Positions 27,223 through 39,947 of a stretch of 64,000 bases of DNA are shown piece by piece. How positions within the stretch are numbered: the stretch's first letter is position 1; each line of letters starts with the position of its first letter. Origin of the DNA: Octopus bimaculoides (taxonomy: Eukaryota); contig NC_068992.1 in NCBI RefSeq assembly GCF_001194135.2, forward strand, positions 45,631,817 to 45,695,816, given 5' to 3'. Position numbers and translations under genes: made by a program. Under the pieces are notes generated by a model. The model was not told where the DNA came from. It did no database searches and saw nothing but the letters and a program-made list of their open reading frames with translations.

Positions 27223-28718
27223 AATTGAAACCACCATTAATAATTCTGACATTAGCATGTGACCATGTATTTTCGTACATAACAATTAAATCAAGCTTTG
27301 TATCTGAAATATATACAGATTTAATAAACTTCTGAATAAATGAAATGTTTAATCGGGATCGGTGGAGTTTGAACTCTGAATGCAAGGAGACCTTGGTCAA
27401 TTCTGCAAAATAGTAATTCCTAAGTTGTACCGACTCAGCAATACAACCTACGTGATGATACCAATAATAAGAAATTTTGGGTGAAACTGTGTGCATCTTT
27501 CAATAATGGCCAATTTATATTTACTGGGGATTTCGACAATTCACTCTCTAAAATAGGATGACATAACGCAACGCAGCTAGATAGAAACAAAGACGGACAG
27601 GAGTTTGGCAGACAGAGATAGGTAGATGGGGAAAAGTGACCGAGGTGCGCATATACATACACACGCACGTACACACTTCAATTCTTAAGTTCATATCTGA
27701 ATAAGGAAACGATAGCATTTACAGACCAAAATCTTGTCTTGTAGTCATAATAACAGACCGGTACAAGTTTGCTCCATCTTAGTCCAATCATAACAGAGGT
27801 TAAGCCACCACAGAGAAGTGGAACACTTAGTTTAGAAACAAGTGCAGTTTATAGATTAACCTGCTAATGTGGCGACACGTAAGTAGGAATCACCAAATAG
27901 CATCTTCAAGTTAGAATTAGTGAATTGCATTAAAAATGAATACGACCCACACAACATTCCAGTGTAAATATACGTGCAAAAGAAATAATTTTAAAATCGG
28001 ATTCTTCGAGACACCAAAGACAGTGGATGCCCAAAATAACAAAGGTCATTTTATTAGGAAGTAAAAGTCAGCTTTAAATGATACTTGACTCAGTGATACG
28101 TAGAGATACGAGTTCAAACTACATGTGCAACGAATACATGTATGAACATCACATTACGGAATACCATTTTATTCATAGCAACACTGAAGAATCCTCTGAA
28201 GATCTTCGAAATCGCTTATGGATTAGACAATAAAATTGATCCCATTAACAAGGTAGTTCACATTACCAATTATTTTATAGTTTTCGAGATCCCTTTGCAA
28301 GTTTATCGTCGTATTCTTGAGTTCTAATGCTATTAGGTTATTAGTGTATCCGTGTATTCGCTGCATGTATCGCCCAAAACCGCTCCAACCTGCACTGACC
28401 TTACATGATATACATACGCGCGAGCAGACACACTCACACACATATACACAAACATACACGCACACACAGGCACACACACACACAGACAAACAAACACAAC
28501 AACACGCAAACACAAAGGTATGTATCTAGTATTAATGTATATTTAGCATTTATCTCTCAATATATCAATGAGTATATTCATTTTAACATTAGCATAATTG
28601 CTTTTATTCTGTTTATAATCCCGATGGTGAACAGACATCAGAAAACGCGTGTTGTATTGTATACTCACAGGTCCAAAACATATACATAGTTGTTCTTCCA
28701 TAAATAACAGTGAATGTT

Positions 28719-28822
28719 NNNNNNNNNNNNNNNNNNNNNNNNNNNNNNNNNNNNNNNNNNNNNNNNNNNNNNNNNNNNNNNNNNNNNNNNNNNNNNNNNN
28801 NNNNNNNNNNNNNNNNNNNNNN
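28719..28822. other. Assembly gap next to (TA)n
   Basis: N run. Confidence 1.
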
Positions 28823-28859
<37 letters not shown>

Positions 28860-29163
28860 TATACATGTATACGTATATGTGTGTCTGTAGGTATGTATGT
28901 AAATACAGCTATATATATGCAAACATACGCACACACACAAACACACATATATACCTATATATATACATACATATAAATATATGTGCGAGTATTTTTAAAC
29001 ACATGTATTCGCTAGTCACACATGTACGCCCACATACACGTATGCATAAATGTGTGTGTGTGCGTGAGTGTGTGTAAATCGTGTGTATGGTGTGGGTGGA
29101 TGTATAGATATATATATATGCGTGTGTGTGTGTGTGCGAGCGCGTGTGTATGTGTGCGCGAGC

Positions 29164-29237
<74 letters not shown>

Positions 29238-29831
29238 GCATACATATCCCCCCCACATACCAAAATGTGCATGTATGCATATATGTATGTTTATGTGCGT
29301 GTATGCATGTATGTATGTATATATGTACGTATGTATGTATCATGTATTTATGTGTGTATGTACGTGTCTGTGTATATTCATTAATATTTATATGCATGGA
29401 ATCATTAATTTCTAAAATGAAATTGAATAAGATAGGCTCGCTGTCAGTTCTGGACATGGTAGCCATTATTATTCGACAATAATGGGATTAAACTGTGTAT
29501 TCCCCCCTCCCACCGTCTCTCACCATTCAAAGGAAGCTGGATAGAAGTCTTGTTACTGAACCTTTAAGCATAAATAACTCCATGTGTTCTTTTGCCATTA
29601 TACGTCTTTTTTCATTTTACATTTCTATATCCAAATCACCATTGAGATGTGTACAAATGCATTTAGACGAATTAAACAATACTATTTGAGATATATTGTC
29701 TTCTCTTCTTTCTCTCTTTCGCTCTCTTTTCTTTTTTATTGTTTATCTCTGTGAATTACTCTTGCCCTTAACATATCTCTCTATTTGTTTCTGAACAACA
29801 CTCTCTTTATATCTGTATCTGTCTGTGTATC

Positions 29832-29883
<52 letters not shown>

Positions 29884-30122
29884 NNNNNNNNNNNNNNNNN
29901 NNNNNNNNNNNNNNNNNNNNNNNNNNNNNNNNNNNNNNNNNNNNNNNNNNNNNNNNNNNNNNNNNNNNNNNNNNNNNNNNNNNNNNNNNNNNNNNNNNNN
30001 NNNNNNNNNNNNNNNNNNNNNNNNNNNNNNNNNNNNNNNNNNNNNNNNNNNNNNNNNNNNNNNNNNNNNNNNNNNNNNNNNNNNNNNNNNNNNNNNNNNN
30101 NNNNNNNNNNNNNNNNNNNNNN
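29884..30122. other. Assembly gap between (CT)n and (TA)n
   Basis: N run. Confidence 1.
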
Positions 30123-31907
30123 TATATATATATATATATATATATATTTGTTTTACTTTTTTTTTTATCGAAAGCAACACAATCTAGTTAATCTAATAAC
30201 AAATGTATTGAGAAAACAGTTTTTTCTCCTGACTTTAGAAAGGGTAGATCCATGAAAGGGGTGTGAGTGTAATTATAGCACACACACACACAGAGACCCT
30301 TACAGACACAAACACAGATACATACACGTAGACACGCGCGCGAGCACTCTAATATGAAATCACACACAAGACGAGAGACATAGAGAAATCTACCGAGCAC
30401 ATTTACTCTCACAAGTGTTTATATCTAATTCTTGTGTCTATACATGTATGTAGATGAATGTATAAATGTGAGTAAGAAAAAAATTTCCTGCAATGCTTTT
30501 CAATTGAGAACAGTGGTAATTGTCTGAGGAAGTGTGTTGTTTGAGAGTGCGAGATATCAGACACAAAAATAAAGTGATGTATTTAGATGTAAGTTAAATA
30601 CTGCATCCATGTAGTCTTACAGACATAGATATAAATAGAAAACAGGCAACCTGACGTACAGTTAGACAGACAGGCAGCCAGGCAGCGTGTGATAGCAAAC
30701 AGAACTAAGTGATGCACTTATTTGTGAAAATACATCTTCATACACGTTGTTATGCGTACGTAAAAACATGCGTGACTATGGACATTTAGACTAAAGCAGA
30801 CATACATACAGCCGTACATACTTTCGTCATTCTCGTAGATAGACGCTTGCTCGATATGGGTGAATATTCATAACAGTTTAGATGACTACTATCATTTAAC
30901 GTCACAATTATTAGTTTAACTAAACTGTTATTTCTCCAATCTCACCCACTGACCAGGAATATTTGTTCAAATGATAAATTCATCACCATACCGACGAAAG
31001 CAAAAATATTGCATAGAGATTCGAAATTATAAAATATATTTTTGTTGTAGTTACAAAACACAGCTCAAACCAGAAGTCTACAATGCAAATGTACAGGAAC
31101 GACTCTTCTAAACTGTTATTCAGTTTCATATCTAAAACTGAATAACAAACTAAATAGAAGCAATAACCATAAGTTGGGCCTATTTAATTACCATTGAGAA
31201 GAAACTCACAGATCTGTAGTTTAGAGGGATAAACTAGATAAGTAAATCACTTTGGAAAAAAAAAACTCTTTCTGTATTCCTTTTTCCATATCAGTTAAGT
31301 AATATCTTCAAAACATCAAAGACATTGATGCAGGCAAGCTAAATTTAAAAAAAAAACCCAGAATTCCACAATATATATAGTAAAAATATCATTTTAGCAC
31401 GGAAGTCCATCAGTTAACTTGCGATATTTATTTAGAGAGAATACATAACCTTTTCCTGAATAAAATTAAAATATATTTAGAAATAGTAAAAAGCAAGGCT
31501 ATAAATATACATTCATCACCGTTAAACAGGGGTTAAATATCAACCAGAAATTCTGTCATCCGTAACGTTGTAAAGTTGGAAAAGGTAAATGTAATAAAGA
31601 AGAAGTTCGATGGGCATCAATTAATAGTCTACAGAAGGTTGAGGAGACAGTCAATAAGAAATCAGAGAACCTCATTTCCGAGATGACGGCGTAATTTTTG
31701 AGATAAGTACCGAGTGAAGAAAATGCTTAAATAAGACGTAGTATGGCTAGAATATATCAAGGGAATACTGCCTTGTCATTACAGCTGAACAAAGGGGTAG
31801 ACGACTTCAGAGAGAATTATAAAAATTCTATGATAAGAAATTATTCGGACCATTTATTAGACAGTGATAGATGCACTTGTCATTTTATTGTCACTATCTA
31901 ACAAACA

Positions 31908-32054
31908 GCAGCAAGCTGGCAGGAAGGTTAGCATACTGGGAAAAATTCCTAGCGGCATGTCGTCCGCTTTTGTATCTCGTGCTCAAATTCCAGTCAAGCC
32001 GACTTTACCTTTCATCCTTTTGGGGTCGATAAAATAAGTACCATTTGAAGGCGG
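31908..32054 (+). mobile_element. SINE family A, 5' part (interrupted)
   Basis: Head through ...tttcatccttttggggtcgataaaataagtaccatttgaaggcgg; it resumes at 33030. Confidence 0.85.
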
Positions 32055-33029
32055 GGATCTATTCCATCTCAATCACAGATTTTTTTAATTAATTTTTTAA
32101 AAACTAAACAGTTTGAAACTTCAAACACTGGTAGAATTTATTACGTAGAACACGGTTAACTCTTTTGACAAAATTTCGCATTCTAGAAGTTATTTCGTGT
32201 TAAAGTTGTCGTATATGGGCAATTTCAGCCAATCAGCGACGTGTATTCGGTTGAAGAGGAACAACTTCCGGGTCATCTCGACTAAATTTCACCACGACTT
32301 CGCAGCTAGCTTTTTTATTGTTGACGGATATGTAGTTTGAAAATGCCTTCTTTTACAGCTATACGATGTATTTTTATTGTCATGATTTTCTCTTACTATG
32401 ATCAACAACAAACACATTTCGGCAATATAAAAAGATGAGGACAAATATATGTCGAATATAAATAATGTAAATAATGTACATAATTCCTCATCTCATAAAT
32501 GTAGAACTGTATAAAAAGTCTTTATTTGATAAAAAAAATAACATTATCAAAACATGAAGGTAAAACAAAACAAAGAGCGACTTTTACACCGGAAAATACG
32601 GTAATTATAGTAGCAGTGATAACTTCGCTTGCTGGTTGCTACTTGATAGTGTAGAAGGGAGGAAAAGGGTAAGGAATGCACGGTGATGACTAGAGAGGAA
32701 GGAAGGATAAAGGTGGCATCGTCTTCGCTCGCCATACGAATAGAACAGAGTTGTGACATTTGGTACAGATGACCCTGAAGTTGTTCCTCTTCGATTACAA
32801 TCGCAAACAGCAGTAGCTTTCTTCAACCGAATACACGTCGTTGATTGGTTGAAATTACCCAAATACGACAACTTTAACACGAAATAACTACTAAAATACG
32901 AAATTTTGTCAAAAATGTTCAGAGTAAACCGTGTTCTACGTGAGATATTCTACCAGTATTCGAAGTTTCAAACTATTTAGTTGAAATAAAAAATAATTAA
33001 AAAATCTGCGATTATGATGGAATAGATCC
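32055..33029. mobile_element. Non-autonomous DNA transposon with ~220-260-bp TIRs and an 8-9-bp TSD (Mutator-like, or hAT)
   Basis: 32055-32278 and 32767-33029 are long inverted repeats (GGATCTATTCCATC...GATGGAATAGATCC). Flanks are GAAGGCGG (32047-54) and GAAGACGG (33030-37). No internal ORF. Confidence 0.9.
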
Positions 33030-33110
33030 GAAGACGGGTCGATGTAATCGATTTTTTTCCTTACCCGAATTTGGGGGGCTTGCGCCAAAATTTGAAATCA
33101 ATATCTTACA
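33030..33110 (+). mobile_element. SINE family A, 3' part (continuation of 31908-32054)
   Basis: gaagacgggtcgatgtaatcga...gcttgcgccaaaatttgaaatcaat continues the SINE consensus at the point where it was interrupted. Confidence 0.8.
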
Positions 33111-34040
33111 AAACAGTAACAGCAAACTATCGTTGTGGTTACTACTATGCCAAGCTGGCCGGTGTCTGTTAATAGCAAAAAGAATTCTAATACTAATGAA
33201 CGGAGCTACACATATGGTGATGAACCAGCAACCAATTGCATTTCGTAGATTATTGTATTCTTTGTATTATTTATAGTTATATAACTCTTACTGTTATATC
33301 AACGATGAGGAATATCCAACCTTGAAGTACACAGACAACATTCAATACCATAAGTGTCGCTTCACACTTTGATCCTCACATGTCATCAAAGTTAAACAGC
33401 CAAATGTGCTTTTGTTCAGAACTTTATTAAACAAGAATAAAGAAGCCTATGGAACTATATGAGGTTGCCGAATATAATTATAATTTACTTTATGCCATCT
33501 TGCATCAACACTTGTGAGTGATGTATTGAAACCGATTTAGTCAAACTGAGTATCTCAACATTAAGATAAAGCACTTAAATCTGTGGTTGTCACTAGGGCA
33601 CCTAGAGTTATATAAAATTACCAGTGCGAATTAAGTTTAAAGAGAAAACTGTTTAAAAAAATTCTATAGTAATGTATTTCGCATTCGGTTTTATCATATA
33701 TGTGTATCAAGCATCTAAAGTTTTGTTTTATACTTTTTAAAACTCCGTGGCGCATTCATATACTCATTGGTTCTGAAACCAATGTGCTACACTGTGCTAC
33801 TTTGTGCTACACTGGCTTTTATCAGCTGCAAAACGGAAAAAAAAAATCGTTAGGTAACTGTTTCAATTATTAGTAAAATTAATTTCATTTCACCACTACT
33901 GCTAATATGCTTGGGAAAGGCATGAACAATACAATACACTGTTTCTCGTTCGTCTGAGCTGTAAAACCTTTATTCAGCTCTGTGAAAAGAGAACCAGTAG
34001 TCTGGTGTGATACACAATAACCTTTGTATTTCCTCTCCAG

Positions 34041-34135
34041 CGAATTGGATTCTAATTGATTGGATACAAAGACACCTGCCCACTTTGTTGGAAAATGTTG
34101 TCAGGGAGACGTTAAGAGATGCGATGCTCTTATAA
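34041..34135 (+). CDS. Candidate exon (NWILIDWIQRHLPTLLENVVRETLRDAMLL*)
   Basis: Strong acceptor ctttgtatttcctctccag| and a single open frame of 30 codons to TAA. No strong donor or nearby AATAAA seen; no homology recognised. Confidence 0.25.
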
Positions 34136-35391
34136 AACATCTGATACAGTTTAAACAAAGGCCTAAATTAACAACAAAAAACAACTGACACCAAAACTAA
34201 AGTAAAACAGTAGACTGTTCATTATAAACAAACTGTAAAAGCTTGCCAATTTCACGTTCGTTGAATTGTCTTATAGTATACCCCGCTTCATCAATTTAGA
34301 CCGTATTCTAAACTATTGTAATGTCGTAAGAAAGATAATGTCTTAAATAATATAACCTTAAATCGATGTTATTGCTGATTTTAAACGAGGAAGACATTTC
34401 AAACTTCTCAATCGATAGTCAGATTTACCAGCTGAGCAGGTGTTGTTAAAGCCACCATTACAGTCAGTCTTCTGTCTCTTTCTTCCTGTATATCAATATA
34501 ATGTGTTTAAGTGAAAAACACCTGGGTTCCAACATTTTAAAATAACGAATATATTCCGTGTCAGGAGGGAATGTCAACGAGAAATCTGCATTTTGGCGCC
34601 AACCTTCTTATAGCGAGCAATACAGATATTAATCTATGCTAACATACATCATCATCACCGAGGCATTCGAGTGAAAATCACTTATTATCATCGTCGTCAT
34701 CGTCATCGCCGTAGGAGGACAAATAATTTGCTTTCACAATCGTCAGCGTCGTCAACAACATCGTCACCATTGTTAAAGGAGGGAAAATTGAATATCTTTA
34801 TCGTGATTATCTTTCCCTTTACAATTATCATTAGCACCATTATCGTTGCTATCGTCACCATCGCCATCATTTTTCTCATAATAAAAGGTAAAATAAATCA
34901 CTTTGTCAGCCATTTTGATTATCAACAATCACTTCTAATTTAAAATGTTTTTCTTAGGAAAGTTACATGACTTAAGTATCTCCTACCAGAGGCGAACAGG
35001 AACGCCATTTGCGGTACGTGACATATCCGAATGCTTCTATCTAAATGAATGTAAACTAATGAGATCGTCAGCAACAGCGTGAACCCAAATTTTTAAAAGC
35101 AGACCATCTCAGGCAGTTCTGTCCCACAGTTGACAGGAAAAGTACTGAAGGACACTCTCTAACGCTGTTGTCATACCAATGACAATTTCAGCAACAATGT
35201 GTCTACAACATACGTACTCAAAGAAGATCGTGAAAATTTGCTACCAAGAACATGAATAAATGCTATAAAACATGGATATAGTCTGAGTGTCGTTCGATAC
35301 CACCGATGATTTACAAGGCTGACCAGAAATCATTTGACAAATGTCGGTGAAGACAACCACTCTGGTGTTACCTGGTCGGCTTACCAAATCT

Positions 35392-35393
<2 letters not shown>

Positions 35394-35435
<42 letters not shown>

Positions 35436-35465
35436 TATTATTATTATTATTATTATTACTATTAT
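35394..35465. repeat. Compound microsatellite (CAT)n(TAT)n
   Basis: Directly visible. Confidence 0.97.
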
Positions 35466-35728
35466 TATTTATCTATTTATTTTATCAGTTCATTGTGTGT
35501 AAATCCCAACACTTCATGTCTGTTCTGTTTTGTATAATTTCCCTCATTTGTCACCCTGGTTGCAAATAAATGGCATCATCATTATTTCTTTTGATTTGAC
35601 TCCGGTTGGATATTATTCCTGGTGGAAATTATATGAATAGCAGGTTACTACTTGTAATCTTAAGTATCCAAAAGTTTTCTACATTCTTTCAAGTGCTTAC
35701 AACACTCCTGATAATCTTTGCTGTCTCT

Positions 35729-35950
35729 GGCGGAGAGCTGATAGAATTATTAGAACGCCGGACAAAACGCTCTGCGGCATTTCGTCCGTCTTTACGTTCT
35801 GAGTTCAAATTCCGCCGAGGTCGACTTTGTGTTTCATCCTTTCAGGTTCTATAAATCAAATACCGGTTGCGTACTGAGGTAGATCTAATGGACTGACCCG
35901 CCCCCTGCCCAAATATCAGGCCTTTTTCCCAGAGTAGAAAAGATTATTGT
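35729..35950 (+). mobile_element. SINE family A, near full length
   Basis: ggcggagagctgatagaat (A-box-like), gagttcaaattcc (B box), gtcgactttg.., and tail gagtagaaaagattattgttgtt. Confidence 0.9.
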
Positions 35951-35958
35951 TGTTGTTT

Positions 35959-36190
35959 GGCGTCAAGTTGACAGAATCATTAGAATACCGGGCAAAATGT
36001 TTTACGGCATTTTGTCCATCCTTTCGTTCTTAGTTTAATTTCCGCCGAGGTCGATTTTATCTTGTATCCTTTGGGGGTCGATAATATAAGTACCAGTTGA
36101 GCACTGGGGTCGATGTAATCGACTAACTCCTTCATCCGTAATTGCTGGACATCTGCCAATGTTTAAAATTTTCATCATCATTATTATTAT
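35959..36190 (+). mobile_element. SINE family A, second tandem copy
   Basis: Starts within the previous copy's tail; same head, body and ATT-type tail. Confidence 0.88.
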
Positions 36191-36564
36191 GAAAATTTCA
36201 AGCCTTGTTCCTCCAGTAGAAAGGGTTGTTATTATTATTGTTCTTGTTGCATTGTTTGCAAAGACAGGATGTCTTTTCGAGGCACGTGAGTTATTGATGA
36301 ACTTTGTTTCCAAAAGCGTAATTTCTATTTTTACTGTACCATCATGTTAACAAGGAAATGAACATTTTGTGAGGTTGGCGAACTATGTTAAATTTTTGAA
36401 CCTTCAAGGCGGAATTTGTGATCCGTCTTCTAAAATTCAGCCATTGAAAAAATGAAAAAAGAAAGGAAAAAACAGGCATCGAATTTTTCGGTAAATAATC
36501 AAGTGAATTAAACCAGAGATTTGAAGACTTGTTTTGAAACTAACTTTGTCCCTTTATAGTAAAT

Positions 36565-36598
36565 CACAACCATCTCCAGTGTGCTGGAGATGGTTGTG
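36565..36598. repeat. Perfect 15-bp inverted repeat with a 4-nt loop
   Basis: cacaaccatctccag-tgtg-ctggagatggttgtg. Confidence 0.97.
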
Positions 36599-38524
36599 GG
36601 TCTTTTTAAAGAAATCAAGTGATAATTTCATAGTCGTTATAAATACAGAATAGTAGATTGGAAATCTGAGGGTAAAAATTCCATTTTTATTAATGGACTA
36701 AACCCATCTATTGTAATAACACAAATCTGTACATGTAAGATGCCACATTATCACATAACTATACTAATTGTTCCAGATTGCCACCATTCCCCATCCTTGC
36801 ATTTTAATACGAAATATTGAAATATAATGTAAAGCATTAAACTACTGTTTTACTTTTTATTGCTAATGTTTCCGTTCTTACTTTTCCAACTTTAATTGCG
36901 GCCGTTTTCTAAAATAATATTTTATTTATTTCACAAAACATCTTATAAACTATTGTAGTCTAATATTTATGGGATTGCTTGTTTCCAACGCCTACATTCC
37001 GGTTGTCTGTATATCTAAATTTTCATTTTACAGACAATTTCTGTATATTTTATAGACGTATATTGCCATCTGTTATTATTGATATATGAAATTAAGTGGC
37101 ATTTCCACTTCTCACAATGTTTGATAGTCTCATTAATTTCTCCGTCTAGTCAATACGTCACTACACATTCTTCTGAGTTTCTTGCTTTCGTTTCTGCATT
37201 AGTTCTGCTTTACGTTTAAGTAAGTATTGCTAATGTCATTTTTGTTTTCAAACGAACTGCCTGCTTGTTTCCGGGATCGTAGTAGTTTTTCACAATGACA
37301 GAGTTGTTTATTTAGTTATCTCTTTTTATGCCACCTTTGATCTCAGGCGCTTATTTGTATTCGTTTTGTTATTTATTCATTTTTTGTTGTTGCTATTTTG
37401 TATTTCTACATTTGTCTCATCTTTTTCGTGGTTCATTTGTTGATTTCATTATGGATTTTGCGATCTGATATTTCATTCTGTAATGCTCTCTTCAAGCTGG
37501 TTTGCGTTTCTCAGTAATCTTTTTCTACACGTTGTTAGATGTTCTGGACTGAGTTGTTCTAAGTTGGTAACTCTTTCCCTTTTGAGAGCATTTTTGCTGG
37601 TTCTTTCAGTTTATAAAGCCCTTTGTCCTTGTGATAATGGCGTTGAAATCTGTTTACAATATGTCAATGATAGATCCGTTTCAGCTTTATTTTTATTGCT
37701 ATTTTATCGTAAAATTCATCTTCAAGGGAGCATTTATTTATTTGTTGATAAGATCTTTCAACTTTAATTCAGTAAATATTTTCACGTTTTGAAGATTGTC
37801 TTATTGATATTGTCCGGCTTAATAACTTTCCATTTTTATATTATTTTAATCATCACCACTGTTCATATTTTTTGTTACGGTAATTCTATTTCGGCTTTTG
37901 TTAATCATAGCTGTGTAGAAATTATTGGTTTTCATTTTGTTATTTTGGTATTTCTGAAATTTGCTTTGTTTGCACTAAAATATATCTAATTAAGTCGTGT
38001 TTTCACTACTTACAGTTTCATATTGTTATTTTTTTCACTGTTTCTATTTTGGTATTTAAATCTTGAGTCTTCTGTTTCGTATTTATTTTAATATTTCATT
38101 TCTCTGCCCGAGGTCGTTTTGCTTAATATAGCTTCTAAAATTAGATGATCTCCTGGGATTTAAATTTAATTGTCGGTCAGCATTATTTTCACTCTTGGCA
38201 TCATATGCGTACATTATAGCAAACCACTTTAATATAAGTGCAGCAGAGCAGTAAAATGAAAATAAAATGTACAAGCGAACTCGCATTGTCTCCCTTGTGG
38301 TTTTTGTTGCATTTACTTGCAACACATAAAACATAATTTTATTTAAATTGCCCTTTTAAATTTATCAATTCCTTGAATGCACACTTATTTGTGAAGTTAT
38401 CTAATATAACTTTGACCCTTTTTAAACATTTTATAATTGTTATTGCAATTAGTAGCGGACGTTGTAGTAGTAGAAATCATAAATGGAAAAGTATTTACGC
38501 AATTTTACAATCATATGTGTGTGT

Positions 38525-39178
38525 GTGTGATCTGATCAACAAGTAACAAAGCTAAAGCACGCAGAATGAAGGGCTTGGCACACATTGATTTGAACTCTGC
38601 TGCGCATGCGCACTAAGATTTAATGTTCTAGCTCACTTCCGCTGTTTACAGCAGTGCTTGGAAGGAAGGTGTGTAGTATGTGATTGTCGCATTGACCATG
38701 ACAAAGGAAGTTGAGCAAAGAATCTGCATCAAATTTTGCCAAAAGCTGGGCTATACCTGCTGAGAAGCTTATGCAAAGTTTTAAAAAAATTTCCATCTTC
38801 CTCTAAACAATCAAGTTCATGTGCAACTGAAACCCAAGTGCCTTTTTGCTCAGCTGAAAGCAGTTTTGGCACAAACTTGGCTGACACGTGTCTCATACCC
38901 AAATCTTCAGTTATAATGAACTTAATATAACAGTAAATCATCCGCACATCCTCTGATAACTCACAGATGATGATTCACGATTTTCCCTCACAGTTGCACG
39001 CACATCTGCAATGTTTTTCTCAGTTCTACTGGTTTCGGGTCTCCTATAACGTTCGTCAATATCGACATTTTTCGGGCATCTGAGAAAAGTCTAAACCACT
39101 CGTACACTGGTGTGTGGAACATAAATCCCTTTCCATACACTTTCTCCAACTTTACGGAGCCCTCTGAGCAGGTATCGC
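38525..39178. mobile_element. Mariner remnant with internal inversion
   Basis: The + strand carries TIR-like tctgatcaacaagta, a 5' UTR and MTKEVEQRICIKFCQKLGYTC*EAYAK (38698-38778). The minus strand from 39178 to ~38779 carries the continuation: LEKVYGKGF..VYEWF..RPETSRTEKNI..LGMRHVSAKFVPKLLSAEQK. Confidence 0.88.
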
Positions 39179-39290
39179 GAAAGTGTCTGGAGGAGGGAAG
39201 AAAGTGTTAGTATACTTGCTAACATAGGTTGGGATGCTTATAGGCATAGACGCACACATACCCCCACACAGAGATGTAAGCATCCACACT

Positions 39291-39505
39291 GCGAGCTAGC
39301 AGTAACGTTAGCACTCCTGGCGAAATACTTAGCGGTATTTCGTCTCTCTTTACGTTCTGAGTTTAAATTCCGCCGAGATCGACTTTGCCTTTCATCCTTT
39401 CAGAGTCGATGGATTAAGTACCTCTTGCGTACTGGGGTCGATCTAATCGACTGGCCCCTTCCCTAAAAACTTCGGGCTTTGTGCCTAGAGTAGAAAATAA
39501 TGATT
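39291..39505 (+). mobile_element. SINE family A, near full length
   Basis: gcgagctagcagtaacgttagcac...gagtttaaattccgccgagatcgactttgcctttcatcc...gtgcctagagtagaaaat. Confidence 0.9.
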
Positions 39506-39764
39506 TAACCCTAACAGGAACTACTACCCCAGGCCAGAGCAAACCTGCGAGTGATGACAACTAAGGGTAACACGACATTCCGCACAGCTCCTTTTATCCC
39601 AAGCTGGAGCCTTGCCACTGATGCAGTTTGTCATACCAGGACACACACACATAAACACACACACACACACACACATATGTGTGTGAGTCTGTGTACGTGT
39701 GTGCGTGCACGCGCAAGTGATCTTGCGTGCCTGCCTGTGTGTGTGTGTGAAATGTGTCTACGTT

Positions 39765-39947
39765 TTTGTCCCATCACTGTTTGACAACTGTCGTAAGTGT
39801 ATTTAAGTTTCCGTAACTTGAGACCGATAGAACTAGCATCAGACTTTACAGAAAATAATAACTACTGGGGTTGATTCGTTTGACTAAAATTCTTCAAGCC
39901 AGTGCCCCAGTATGGCAGCAGTGTAATGACTAAAGCAATTGAAAAAT
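39765..39947 (+). mobile_element. SINE family B, 3' part
   Basis: gtcccatcactgtttgacaac...gaccgatagaa...ggggttgattcgtttgactaaaattcttcaagccagtgccccagtatggcagcag..aatgactaaa, preceded by a TG-rich tract. Confidence 0.8.
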
